Source: Rhizophagus irregularis (Eukaryota). From it: DNA of 64,000 nt. Positions 1 to 12,988 of the stretch are shown here, piece after piece (the first letter of the stretch is position 1; each line of letters begins with the position of its first letter). Made by a program: the position numbers and the translations under genes. The stretch lies in the NCBI RefSeq assembly GCF_026210795.1, contig NC_089430.1, positions 1,240,001 to 1,304,000 of the forward strand. The letters run 5' to 3'. Below the pieces are notes generated by a model. That model had not been told where the DNA came from and did not search any database. It saw nothing but the letters and a program-made list of their open reading frames with translations.

Positions 1-1429
1 ATACGGAAAGGATACGTTTTGTATACATTTTATGTATGTTTTTATAGATTCCGTATACAAATTCCATATATTTAATAAGCAATTCATTTTTGAACATTTT
101 TTAAAAAAACTAATGTATACGAAAAAAATTAATCATGCAGAATGTATACGGAATTTTTAAACTTAAGATAATTTTACCTATCATAACACAAGATCACATG
201 ATTGTTTATTGTTTTATTATGATACATTTTTTGTTTTTTATATAAACCCTTACTTGATCTTCTGATCTTCCTTTCTGTCTTTCCTTTCCTTTCTCTTTCT
301 CTTATCTTATTTTTGTTATTTTTTCTAAATTTTTCTTCTTTCTTTGTCACCCCCTTTTAAAAATAATTTTTTTTTTCGTACCTCACTTTAAAAAAAATTT
401 TTTTTCGTCACTCTCCTTTGAAAAAAAATTTTTTTTTGTCGCTCCCTTAAAAAAAATTTTTTTCTTTTATTTCCACTCTTCTTTTTTTTGAAAAAAAATT
501 TCTTCTTTCTATTTCCTTTTCCTTTTTATAAAAAAATTTTTATTTTTCTAACTTTGACGTCCTCCCTTTAAAAAAAAATTTTTTTTTAACTTTCCTAACT
601 TCGTTATTCCTTTTTTTTAAAAAATATTTTTTTTGGTTTATTCTTTATTCCCCTTTCTTCTTTATTTATATTTAATTTCATAGGCCAGCAGATTTTTTTT
701 GTGAGAATATTCAGTTTCTTTTTTTTTTGTAGATCAGTTTGGGAGTCCTTTTCTTTTTGTAGGATGATTCAGGATTTTTTTTTTTTTTAAGTCAGTTCAA
801 ATTTTTTTGTTTTTTTGTATGTTAGGTTCAAATTCTTTTCTTTTTGTAGGTTGTTTCAGTTTTGTTGCTTTAGAGTCTTCTTTTTTTGTAGGTCAGTTTT
901 GGATTTATTTTGTTGTTTTAGTTTCTTTTTTATCAGATGCTTCATAATTCTTTTCATTTATGTAGGTCAGACATTCTGGAGTTCTCTTTCTTTTTTTGTA
1001 GGAATGCTGACCTTTGGTGACTTGGACGATTGCAGATACTATATGAAGGGGGGGTTTTGTTTCCAATTAAGTTAGACGTTCTTATGTTTCTTTTTTTTGT
1101 TCTTTTAGGTTGTTTGATCCAAATGAACCTGGACTTATAGATAATTTAGGTTGCAATAGGTGGTTTTAATAAAGAGGGAATTTTCATAATGTATTTGTAC
1201 TTTGTTTATTTTTTATTTTTAATTTAATTTAATAAAGTGAAATTAGATTTATGTAAATACAATTATAGTAAACTGTAATACAAATAGTAAATTCAGTGAC
1301 CAAATCATATAAATTTCGTGATAAAATCAGTGATCAAATCATGTAAATTCCATATAAATCCCGTGCAAATTCCATATCCAAACCATATTTTTGGTGATAT
1401 GGAATTGTGCATTTTTCCGTATCCTATTC

Positions 1430-2760
1430 AAATTATTTTCAATTATACAAAATGATTATCAATTTTACTAATGGCTAGCATTTTCCAATATTTGTATTTA
1501 AATGATATATTAATGTTTTTAATAAAGAAAAAGCAATATATAATAAAACTTATATAATATTCTTTTTAAATAATTTTTTTATTTTTTTTAATAAATTATA
1601 ATAAACTTTTTTTATAAACTTTTTAATTTTTCTTAATGAACATTTTAATTTTTTTTTTTTATCAAATTTTCAATTACAATCAACCCTTGTTATAACAAAC
1701 CCTAGATTCTAGACCTCAACTTCGCTATAAGGCTATAGTGAAGATTTTAAGAGATTTAATTAGTTAATTTATTATAACAAGGGAAATTTATTATAGTTGT
1801 CTGAAAAATTCACTATATCAAGGGTTGACTGTATACAAAATAATTATCAATTTTACTAATAGCTAGCATTTTCCAATATCTGTATTTAAACGATATATTA
1901 ATGTTTTTAATGAAAAGAAAGCAATATATAATAAAACTTATATAATATTCTTTTTAAATAATTATTATATTTTTTTAATAAATTATAATAAACTTTTTTT
2001 ATAAACTTTTTAATTTTTCTTAATAAACATTTTTAATAAGCTTTTTAATTTTTTTAATAAACATTTTAATTTTTTTTTTTTAACAAATTTTTAATTATAC
2101 AAAATAATTATTAATTTTACTAATGGCTTAATATTTGTATTTAAGTAATATATTAAATATGTTTTTAATAAAAAGAAAACAATATATACAATATATAATG
2201 AACTTATTTAATATTCTTTTTAATAAATTTTTTTATAATTTTTATATTTTTATCTTTTAATTTTTCTTAAAAAACTTTTTAGCTTTTTTCTTAATAAACT
2301 TTTTAATTTTTTTTTGTTTTTTTTGTCAAATTATTTTCAATTATACAAAATGATTATCAATTTTACTAATGGCTAGCATTTTCCAATATCTGTATTTAAG
2401 CGATATATTAATATTTTTAATAAAGAAAAAGCAATATATGATAAAACTTATATAATATTCTTTTTAATAAATTTTTAATAATTTTTATATTTTTTTTAAT
2501 AAACTTTTTTTATAAACTTTTTAATTTTTCTTAATAAACATTTTAATTTTTTTTAATAAGCTTTTTAATTTTTTTTAATTTTTTTTGTTAATTTTTTTTA
2601 TCAAATTTTCAATTATACAAAATAATTATTACTGATTTTATTAATAACTCAATATTTGTATTTAAGTAATATATTAAACATATTTTTAATGAAAAGAAAA
2701 CAATATATAATAAACTTATTTAATATTCTTTTTAATAAAATTTTTTAATAAATATTCTTT
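1430..2760. repeat. AT-rich tandem repeat, about 230-280 bp units, ~5 diverged copies
   Basis: Unit start CAAATT(AT)TTTCAATTATACAAAAT(G/A)ATTATCAATTTTACTAAT recurs near 1430, 1663, 2083, 2327 and 2602. Confidence 0.85.
1677..1831. mobile_element. Tc1/pogo-type MITE (155 bp) with TA target duplication
   Basis: TIRs CAATCAACCCTTGTTATA / TATATCAAGGGTTGACTG, TA at 1675-1676 and 1832-1833. Removing the element and one TA restores CAATTATACAAAA as seen in sibling repeat units. Confidence 0.85.
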
Positions 2761-3083
2761 TTAATAAATATTCTTTTCTTTTTAATAAATTGTTTTAATA
2801 AATATTCTTTTTTTTATAAATTAAAATTAATATAAATTTGAAAATCATAAAATAAGCATATCTTAATCTGTTTTATAAGTTTACTTAAAGAAAAAAAATA
2901 GTTTTTAAATACTATTTTTAACTTTATATTTAAACAAAGATTTTGCTAATTATATCCAAAAATAGAAAAACAAAAAATAAAAATTTAAATAAATTGAAAA
3001 TGGCATTTAAAACCTCATTTTGTATTTTAAGTAAACTTATAGAGCAGATACTGAGCAGATTAAAATAGTACATTTAATATATA

Positions 3084-4405
3084 CACTACTTGGAAAAAAG
3101 TAGGCGGACACCATATTTATTAATTACTCAAAAACGTACATAATAAGTGGGGTCAAAATTTTAAATTTTATTAGTTAAACCATATACAAAACTAATATTT
3201 AGTTGGCCATCCATTATTCTTAATACACGCCTCAACCCTGCGTGGCATACTTTCAATTAAATTAATTAACGTATTATTAGGAATTTGATTCCATTCTTCA
3301 TGTAAAGCACACTCCAATTCTCTCACATTTTTTGCAGGATTGGGACGTTTTCTAATGCGCCTTTCCAGCTCTGACCATAGGTGCTCGATAGGATTTAAGT
3401 CAGGTGACTGACTCGGCCAATTTTCTAAAATTTTAACCTTTTTTGTTTCTATCCATTTTTTAACATTTTTAGCGGTGTGGACAGGGGCGTTATCATCTTG
3501 GAATAAATAACCTCGTCCATTATAATTATTATTAATAAATGGAAGTAAATGTGATTCGAGTATTTGTATATAGTCACGATGGTTCATTTTACCATTAATT
3601 TTTATTAGCGGCCCTAACCCCTTTCCTGAGAAACAACCCCACATCATTACACCTCCACCACCATGTTTTATTGAAGGAACCATGTTTTTAACATTAAACC
3701 TTGTTCCGGGGGTTCTCCAAACACGACCTGGACCATCATTTTTAAATATAGTAAAGCGGCTTTCATCGCTCCAAATAACTGACTTCCATTTTCTAACAGA
3801 CCAGTCTTTCCTTTCAATACACCAGTTTAAACGATTTTCTCTTTGTTTATCATTAAGAAGAGGTTTGAATGCTGGAATACGTGAAAAAATATTAAGTTCA
3901 TGCAAATTTTTCCTTATAGTCTTGGTAGTAACTTGTAGTCCAGTTTTCTCTTGAAAATTATTTTTTATTTGTTCAGCTGATTGACGATTATTTGTTTTGA
4001 CAATTTTTTTTAATGTTTTTTGGTGTTGGCAATTTAAAAGTTTAGGACGACCACTTCGTGGCTGAGTTTCAAGACTTTTTCCTTCACAAAAGATTTGAAT
4101 AGTTCGGTAAACTGCTGTTCTAGAAAAGCCAAGCATTTTAATAATTTTTTGTCTGGTGGCGCCACCTTTAAATAGACCAATAATCTGGTTGCGTTCAGCT
4201 TCCGTTAAATCATACATGGTGCGAAGTAGTACAAAATCCTAATTTGTCGATCACATTTGATGGTTGTCTATAAATGAAATAACAATTACGTCATTGTTTA
4301 TTTATACCATAAACTATCACGTGATAAAATTTCAGCCCAAATTATTATGTACATCTTGGAGTAATTAATAAAATATGACGTCCGCCTACTTTTTTCCAAG
4401 TAGTG
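3084..4405 (-). mobile_element. Complete Tc1/mariner-superfamily DNA transposon
   Basis: Perfect 26 bp TIR CACTACTTGGAAAAAAGTAGGCGGAC at both ends, extending imperfectly to ~80 bp. TA duplication at 3082-3083 and 4406-4407. One intact transposase ORF inside. Confidence 0.96.
3192..4217 (-). CDS. Tc1-like DDE transposase (341 aa)
   Basis: N-terminal HTH region with RSGRP linker; catalytic motifs WSDESRF, KHGGGGVMMWGCF, FQDDNAPVH and WPSQSPDLNPIEHLW. Confidence 0.96.
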   Translation of the reverse strand: MYDLTEAERNQIIGLFKGGATRQKIIKMLGFSRTAVYRTIQIFCEGKSLETQPRSGRPKLLNCQHQKTLKKIVKTNNRQSAEQIKNNFQEKTGLQVTTKTIRKNLHELNIFSRIPAFKPLLNDKQRENRLNWCIERKDWSVRKWKSVIWSDESRFTIFKNDGPGRVWRTPGTRFNVKNMVPSIKHGGGGVMMWGCFSGKGLGPLIKINGKMNHRDYIQILESHLLPFINNNYNGRGYLFQDDNAPVHTAKNVKKWIETKKVKILENWPSQSPDLNPIEHLWSELERRIRKRPNPAKNVRELECALHEEWNQIPNNTLINLIESMPRRVEACIKNNGWPTKY

Positions 4406-5108
4406 TATGTTTAAGAGATTGTATTATTTTATATATATGGTGAAAATTTTATTTAGAAAAAAATTTTTTTTTGAAATTATATAATTTACTTCTACTTTAG
4501 ACATTCTTCAAAAAGGAAAGTGTAATGCATTATATATGTAATGAATAAATTTACTTATAATAAAATAATATAAAAAGAATATTAAAGGCAAATATTGGAG
4601 AGACTTATTGGAAAAAATATAAAAAATTTATTAAAAAAATAAATTTTATTAATTTGCATTTTAGGTAAAATTATCTAAAATAAAATTTAGCAGTTAAACA
4701 ATTGTTAAAATTTAGCCTACAACATTACCACTAGCTAATAATAAATAATAACAGATTAATTATTGAAAATAAAAAATAGAAAGTATAATGTCTGTAATAA
4801 ATAGCTTTTTTAGTATTATTACAAAATTTTTCTTATATAATTATAGCAAAAATTTATCTCCTTATATAATAAATACTTTAAATACTCTTCACATTTCCAT
4901 TTTTATAAGTATTCTAAAAACAGAATTTTTTCAGTAATTAAAATCTATTTATTATGATCTTATTTATCATATGGTTCATAATGCTAGCCAAAAAATCATG
5001 AAAAAAAAAATTTTGTAGTAATACTACTAATAAATTAAATAAAAATTAAAGAATATAAAAGAATATTAAAAAGAATATTAAAAAAATTATCACACTATAA
5101 TTAAGCTA

Positions 5109-5472
5109 TAATGCTGGCCGGAATTAAGTGATCTCCATATAAATTTCCTTTTTTGGAGTATTTGTGAAACCAAATTTCCAATTTTTTGCGAGAAGTAAAA
5201 TTTCCTTTTTTGGAAATTTGTGTAACGTTACATTAATAATTTTCTTAAATCCGCCCAGAATTACTCCAATTTTTGGTAGAAATTAAATATTTCCTTTTTT
5301 GAAAAATTGATCACAAGTAACTGTAAAATTAATAAAATCAATTATAATTCCGGCCAGAATTACAATCACATGATTTTGGAATTCGGGTAAATAGTTTAGC
5401 CACCAGATTTGTTAAAAAAATATTTTTAAACAAAATTTCTGTATAAGGAGATTATAATTCTGGCTGGCACTA
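5109..5472. mobile_element. Degenerate TA-flanked MITE
   Basis: Left TA|TAATGCTGGCCGGAATTA against right TAATTCTGGCTGGCACTA|TA, differing only by transitions. Related motifs occur at ~5345, ~30635 and ~58588. Confidence 0.55.
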
Positions 5473-5484
5473 TAAATTAAATAT

Positions 5485-5695
5485 TGTGCGACGTAGATCC
5501 CTTACATAAAAGGAAAATTTCCTTAAAAGGCGATTTTCAAATTCAAAATTTTGAAATTTCGAAATTTCAAAAATCTTAAAAAAAAATTCCTTTTATGGTA
5601 ATTTTTTTTTGAAATTTCGAAATTTTGAAATTTTGAACTTTTAAAATCGCCTTATAAGGAAATTTTCCTTTTATAGGATAGATCTACGTTACACA
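5485..5695. repeat. Inverted repeat / hairpin with ~85 bp arms
   Basis: TGTGCGACGTAGATC..AAAAGGAAAATTTCCTT..AAGGCGATTTT pairs with AAAATCGCCTT..AAGGAAATTTTCCTTTT..GATCTACGTTACACA. Confidence 0.75.
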
Positions 5696-5849
5696 AAACG
5701 TCCAAAAAGGAAATTTGGTAACACCAACTTCCTTATTTAGACATTTGTGTAACGTTACATTGCCATAAAAGGAGATTTTCCTTATAAGGAGAATCTCCTT
5801 ATAAGGAGATTTTAAAATTCAAAAATTCGAAAAATCAATTTTTCGAAAT

Positions 5850-6227
5850 TTTGGCACTTTTCATCCAAACGGTACACCGTAAAAATCACCATTTTTGCCA
5901 AATTTTAGTGATCTTCAGTGGTGGATTTTTCGGCAACTACCAGTCCAACCTTTCTGATTTTTTAAACATAAGCTATTTTTTAGTCAAAGAATTGTTTTCT
6001 GGCATTCATTTGGCCGTAACTGCTCTAGTTAAAAAGTTAAGAATTTTGCCATTTTTAAAATTAAAAATTTCTGCCAATTTTTACTAATAATTAAGCTAAA
6101 AAAACCCTTTTAAAAAGTGTCTCATGTCTTGAACTTTTAAAATAGATATAAATTTATTATTGGGCCTCCCGAATTTTTTATGATTTTTTAATTTTTAGGG
6201 TGGTCGGATACTTTTTGTAGGGGAGTG
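5850..6227. mobile_element. One arm of a Tc1-like non-autonomous element (left boundary uncertain)
   Basis: Ends ...GGTCGGATACTTTTTGTAGGGGAGTG|TA (reverse complement TA|CACTCCCCTACAAAAAGTATCCGACC), a Tc1-style terminus, at the exact point where homology to 28688 begins. Confidence 0.55.
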
Positions 6228-6952
6228 TACATGTATAAACAAAATTTTCCAATAGATCGCTATAGAAATAACAAAATCAGAATTTTTTTAAAAGTTTTTT
6301 TATTTTCTAATGATAACAGTCGATATAATATAAGACAGATATTGCATAAATAAAATTTTTTGATTTATTTTTTAATAATATTAATAGATCACTATAGATC
6401 TTTTTTTAAATTTTTTTTTCTAATGATTGTATAATATATAAGACAAATATTGTATCATAAATAAAATTTTCCAATTTTTTTTTAATGCCAATAGATATAA
6501 CAAAATCTTATAGAAATTTTTTTTACCTTTTTTTAATAATAAAAATAATGTACTGTATATTAGAAACTAATAATTTATATCTCATTGGCCTCATCTTGCT
6601 TAAGGGTGATAATATCATAAAAATTGAATTCTTATTGGCTGAGATATTTCAATTTGAAGTTTTAACGACAAATGTGATGTATCACGTGACCGATAATATG
6701 TAACAACCGGTGTAGAAATTCAATGATCATCCAGGGTAAAATTTGCATCCAGGGTAAATGTTCAAAAATCCCGGGTGATCACCCTGGATGCATCCAGGGT
6801 AGCTACCCGGGATCAATCCAGGGTGACCACCCGGGATGTATCCAGGGTCATCCTGGATTTTTGAATAGTACGGCGTTTGATGATCCAGGGTAAATCCTGG
6901 ATACATCCCGGGTAGCTACCCTGGATTTTTGATCAGTACGGCGCGTCATAGT
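6228..6952. mobile_element. Truncated right-end copy of the foldback element at 27176-29429
   Basis: Near-identical to ~28688-29430, including the ATCCAGGGT/ACCCTGGAT modules and the end GATCAGTACGGCGCGTCATAGT. Confidence 0.9.
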
Positions 6953-7787
6953 CTATCATGATATGTCTGCGCACTATGGAAAAAAAAATCGATCACATGA
7001 ATTTCTCTGTCCGCCACGTGATCATCACCCACGGTGACTACAATCACCAGTTCCTTTGAGAAGGTCTGACATATGTAGAGAAAAGTTGAGACTTTTAAGT
7101 TTGTATCAAAGATCATATTTCGAGAGTTTAGCTGAAGTAGAATCGTACGGATTCATGTTCATCCATTATTATTACTTAGCTTCCCAACCGATATAATCTC
7201 CGTCTTTAATAGGATGTAATCATGTAATGGGCGTAAGCGATGATTATTGACGAATATGTTGAATAAATAGGATTAATATATAGGTATGTTTACCCACTTT
7301 CTGATATTGCGATCTACGATGTGTAAATTATTCTACAAATTGAAGCCAATGAGTAAAGAATTGTGTTTAATAACATCCATTTTTTTGCTAAACGATCTGC
7401 GATGATATAATTTTCAGAGTGTAATGATCATTAATTTGATGTTGAATAAGCTTCCAGACGAGGAAATTGTTGTATCTTAACGCTTTAATGTTAACCCAAA
7501 CGTGACAGCAGATTCAATAATATTATATGCATATTTTCCTAATTTTGCGTTTTTATTACATTTTGTGCCATTTTTTAATAAATTAATGTTAATAAAATAC
7601 TGTATTTTGATCTATTATAAATTGATTTTCATTTATTTATATGAGAAAGATAAATTACATAAATAGTGTTATACATAAACTATATAATCGCTAAATATAA
7701 ATAACTATTATCTTAATCGTTTGTTAACATCATATAAAATTTAATTACCAACAAAACTTCAGTTATTGTAATTCAATTTATGATTTC

Positions 7788-9381
7788 TCATTCTAAACAT
7801 TCGCTATTATTAGAATTTGAAGATTCTTCTATAAAAGATAAAAGTAATTTGTAAGTAGTTTGAAATAATAAACAAATAAAAAATATTTCATTAAATACCT
7901 AAATATATCATATCTGATATATTATCACAATTTTCATAATAATTATCAGAATTTTTTGGTTCAGGAAGATTATTAAAATTAAAAGGTCTACTCGTATATA
8001 TAGCTCCAGGATGCTCCTTATTTGTTAAGGGTAAATTATTAGTAGTTGAAAAATTATAACTAATTTCTATTTCTTTAATTTGTTTAATTAATTCCGTTTT
8101 AATTAATTATGGTCGATCATTTCTATAATTAGCAAAATCTGTTGTCCATTCGTGAAAAGTTCTTGAAAGATCCTTTGCACTTGGTCGATTTGATGGATTT
8201 ACATCTAGACATCTTTTAATTAAATGCACAATTAATTGTGGTACCTTAATATTAAAATTGGGTCTTAGCCCTTCACAGATGTCTATTGCCAAATGTTCAT
8301 CATGATTAATATTTGGATATGGAGGTGTTTCTGAAATTATTTCATACATAATTATGCCAAAACTATAAATCTTTCCTCCTATAATTTCAGGAGCCATATA
8401 AGGTAAAACACCATAAACCTTATTTTCTAATTCCTCATAATTTACCGGTTTACACAATCCCATATCAGTTATACCAATTCCTCTAACAAAACATACTATA
8501 TTCCCAGTATGTAAATCTCGATGAATTAATCCTTTTTCATGAATTCTTTTAATTCCGCTTGCAATATGCATTAATTTACTACATCTTTTTTTCAACTCAC
8601 TAAGTTTAATAAAATTTGGTTTATGCTTTATATTCCTTCTATCCAATGAACTTCTTAAACTTCCATTTTCGGCATATTTCATAACCATTACATAATTATT
8701 TGTACTTGGATCTTGGCTTATCCCATAACATCTGACAATTTCATTCGTTGTATTTCTATCAATTATTTTTACATGTGATGTGATCTATATTAATAAATAA
8801 ATTAATTAGCAAATTAAAACATTTATAGATAAAATTTTAATAATAAATCAAATATATACTTCATCGATAAATTCTGATTTAAGTTTTTGTGATTTTTCTA
8901 AAACTTTTAGAGCCACACATTTATTTGCATTATTTCTTTGCCATCGATGTTTAATTACATTCCAATGTGATATATAGCCATCCTTCCAGCATGCCTTATA
9001 TATTTTTCCAAACCCGCCTTTTGTAATATATTTAACTCCATCATGAAACCTATCATAGGGTATCCACTCTAATAATTGATATTTATTTTTTGCTGATAGT
9101 TGATTGTTTTGAATAAATTTATCAACGTCATCATTATTACTAGCCCAATTACTAAAATTTTGTCGAAATCTATCTGAATTACAAGGCTGACACCAATTCT
9201 GTCCAGTATTTATTTGTTTGCATTTTATGCATATACCAAATTTTCGTGTTCTTAAATTTAAATCACAAGTCTGACACAAGATTGTCGGACCCAAATGTGA
9301 CTTACACAAGAGCGTATTCATTTGTCTACATTCCATACACCTTCCATATTCTTCTTGTTCTTCCACGCTTGATTGATACAT
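7788..9381 (-). pseudogene. Decaying tyrosine-kinase-like protein kinase with N-terminal Cys-rich region
   Basis: Exon 9381-8860, GT-AG intron 8859-8785, exon 8784-7899, intron 7898-7829. Motifs KGGFGKIY, VALK, HRDLHTGN, DMG and APE are present. Premature TAA at 8109-8107 is followed in frame by the family tail HPGAIYTSRPFNFNNLPEPKNSD, and the subdomain IX Asp region is deleted. Confidence 0.8.
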
Positions 9382-10610
9382 AGTACGAATATCAATTATT
9401 ACAGTATGGTTCGGAGAAGAATGTTCTTTTATTCTTTTAAAAAAAATATTAAGATCGGCATGATTGACAAATGAGAATGTACGATGTTTGCAAAGAATAG
9501 ATCATTATCAACCGAAAACAATATGCTAACTTTTATGGAAGGTATGAGAAGTATGAGAAAACTGAAATGATCATTTATTAATGCAATTAATTCTATTTTT
9601 AATTATTATCGGCCGAAACGGGAAAACCTTTTTATGGAAAGAATGACCTTTGTCGCATCAATTTACCATTATTTACACCACTAAAAGATTTGTTGGCTGC
9701 CGATCGTATTTAAATAGAAAAGCTTAAATCAAAGTTAATATAAGTGTATTATATAATTACAAATAAATACTAAATATGGGAGCATCTTATGTTAACGTTA
9801 ACGTTAACGTAAACGTAATGTTAACCTGTCATTCCATTTCAAAACGATGACGTAACGGCGTAATGCGCCACCCAGTCACCCACCCCCTAAGAAATTATGG
9901 ATATGAAAATTAAACAATAATAAATAATGATTTTTCATCAGAACATATCAGCTGATCAGAAAAGCCTCCCATAATTTTATATGTAATGACAATAAGTAAC
10001 CCATCAGTTATATACACAGGTCAAATGAAGAAAAATCGGATTTTGGCGATTTTTAATAAAGTGTGCCGATATTAGTATAAACACGCCTATCATAAAATAT
10101 CTATGGATGATATTAATATATGTATGTCGATACATGTATAAACATGCCGATATATTGAACATGCCGATTTACATATCTTTATAAAAATAGTTTATGCCGA
10201 TTCTAGTATAGCGTGTACCAAATTTAGCCGATATTCATCAAAGCAAATTTTAACATAGTTGCTATTTTGATATACGAAGTACGATATAAATAATTTAATA
10301 ATTGATTATGATAATTAGAAATTAGGGTTATTTATTTTCATTTATTATATTTATTATTATAAATTTATTATATATGGCATAAATTTAATATAAAAAATAT
10401 ACATTATCTTTACTATACATAAAAAATAATAACTAGTGGTAAGACTTCGAGGTAGTCATTTACACTGGTGATGCTAACCATAATATGCATACTTTGATTG
10501 AACCTACCAAGCGAGAGGTCACACCTTCTATATAATCAGAAGTATGATATTCCTCCGTAGCAGGTCCTATTGACCCCTTCTCCTCGGACTGGTGCTATTC
10601 ACCACCTGTT

Positions 10611-10803
10611 AGACTTCATCGAAATATCATGTGCTTCTTCTATAAATTTTGCTTCTCTAAACGCAACCCCTATTTACCTATAAAATAAAGTGTAAAGGCA
10701 AAGTAAGAGACTTCATCGGAATATCATGTGCTTCTTCTATAAATTTTGCTTCTCTAAACGCAACCCCTATTTACCTATAAAATAAAGTGTAAAGGCAAAG
10801 TAA
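10611..10803. repeat. Tandem duplication of ~97 bp
   Basis: AGACTTCATCG(A/G)AATATCATGTGCTTCTTC...GTAAAGGCAAAGTAA occurs twice back to back. Confidence 0.9.
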
Positions 10804-12482
10804 AAGACCTCTGCTTTATAAGCTCTCTTTAAAAATAAATTCTAATTAATATGAGTCCGTCATATCTTCAAGACCGTCTAAACGTCTAAAAAGGTAAAAA
10901 AAGAGAAAATTGAAGCGTTAGTAAATATTTTGTTAAAAAAAAACAATTTACCTGACGTCCTACGCCTAAAAAAAAAAAACGAGTAAAAAATTTTTTTTTT
11001 TTTTTTCATATCATGGATGTTGATCGATCACCATTTTAAGTAAAATTTGATATCTTGTGATGGGATCAGAGTAACCGAATCGGTACTACAGCATACCAAT
11101 TTTGTTGCTTTATAAGTCCATACAACGTATGATTTCTATAATCATGCTCGTGTAAGTTGGAAAAATTTAGAAATATGAAATCTTAAATGATGTATAATCA
11201 ATCTTCGTAATTTTTTTTTTTTTATATATATATAAATATATAGAAAAAGATTTTCTATTCAACATAATTGTGAATGATGGTCTTCCTAAGGGCGTTATAC
11301 AACTAGTAAAATTTGAGAACCGGAAGTCCTTCGTGGCCACAGTTTGCGAAAGTTTCCAGTCAGGTAACCAGACCTGGCGTACGGAGGACGGCCTACTGTG
11401 AACGTCCTTCTCTATTTGGCTATCCTGGATAAGGCGTTGTATAACTGATAGTTATTCATAATTATTTTTTTGAGTTGCGTTGGTACTGACGTCCTCGTCG
11501 TGCAACTTGGGTATCAATGTGATTTTCATTGGTAGCAGACAAGTACCATCTTGCATTGAAATGAGCGAACTTTTCTTAGTCGCAACCAAAGATCTTTATT
11601 TTAACTAGTGCTTTTTTTTAAATTTTTGATGCTTTTTACTTTCGGTATGTTTCTATTTTTTAACGTTGTTATTTTATTAATTTATGGCATTGACTAACGT
11701 TCTTTTTTTTTGTAGGTGCTTAGGTTTAGGTTATTCTTTTCGGCTTTTAACGGCTTTAGATTTCGGCATCAGGCTCCCAGTAAATGGTAAGTTCAAGACG
11801 CTTGAATCTTGAAAAATTTGTCTTCTTTAATTAACCATTTTTTCTTCTTTTCTTTTATTGGTTGGGCTTTTCTTTTATTTGCTTTTGGACTTCGCTTTTT
11901 GTATTTCATTCTTTCATTTCGTTCTTATTCCCTTTCGTTTCTTTTGTTTTCTCTTTCATTCTTTATCCGTATCTTTCGCTTCTCTTTCATCCTTGATCGC
12001 TCCTTTCATCATTATTTCGTCCTTAATCTTTTTTTTCGTTTCCTTTATCGTTTCTTTTGTTCCCTTTTCGTCCTTGATCGTTCCTTTTATCATTATTTCA
12101 TCCTTGATCGCCCTTTCGTCATCCTTTTGTTCCTTAAAAACTTTATTATAATAAGAACAATTCGGCATCACAAATAAAGATAATATTTGTATTAAAGTTA
12201 TTTTTTATAAAAAAGATTTTTTTCCGATATTTGTACTTGTTATTGAAATTTTTTCTTTAATTAATTAAAAAAAAATATTGTATTGTAGTTAATACGTAAA
12301 ATTATATGATTATCGATATCAGTATCACAGGATTAAATGATTGTATCACGTAAAATAGAATTTTAACTAACATCGTTTTAACACGTCGTAAAAGAGTAAA
12401 AAAAAAGTTTAAAATTGACGCGTTTAATTTCTACGTTATCTTGAATTGAGATCACGTTATCTTGAATTAAGAATGTAAATTT

Positions 12483-12828
12483 AAGAAAAGTTCGAACGAA
12501 CTTTTCTTGAATTGAGATCACGTTATCTTGAATTAAGAATATAAATTTAAGAAAAGTTCGAGCGAAACTTTTCTTGAGTCATGTTATCTTGTATTACGTT
12601 AAAGCTGATCCCAGATCAGATTCAAGAAAAGTTTTCGAGCGAATCAAAATCACGTTATCAAATTTGTATTAAAATAAAATTTTAAGAAAAGTTCGCTCGA
12701 ACTTTTCTTGAATACACAAAAAAAAAATGATATATAAAATATATAAAATTAAAAATTTAAAAATAAAATCACGTTATCAAATTTGTATTACAATAAAATT
12801 TTAAGAAAAGTTCGCTCGAACTTTTCTT
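12483..12828. repeat. Cluster of the 26 bp palindrome AAGAAAAGTTCGnnCGAACTTTTCTT
   Basis: Copies at 12483, 12549, 12684 and 12803, with a partial copy at ~12624. A further copy lies at 14692. Confidence 0.9.
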
Positions 12829-12988
12829 GAATCAAGTACACAAAAAAATGATATATAAAATATATAAAATTAAAAATTTAAAAAAATTAAAAAAATTTAA
12901 CTTCTACTTATGAATAAAAAAACTAAATATTATATAAATTTTCTTGAGGAAATTAAGATACCGTCAAAAGAACTATATGAACGCTGTT

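Noticed and set aside
815..1075. 86 aa Phe-rich ORF
   Set aside because: Translation of T-rich low-complexity sequence with a non-ATG start.
1..1423. Possible element bounded by ATACGGAAA / TTTCCGTAT
   Set aside because: The left end is cut by the window edge and the match is too short to call.
6720..6952. CRISPR-like appearance of the CCAGGGT repeats
   Set aside because: No unique spacers, no cas genes and a eukaryotic context; these are TIR modules.
11809..12177. Overlapping Phe-rich and Lys/Glu-rich ORFs
   Set aside because: Low-complexity repeat with no convincing spliced model.
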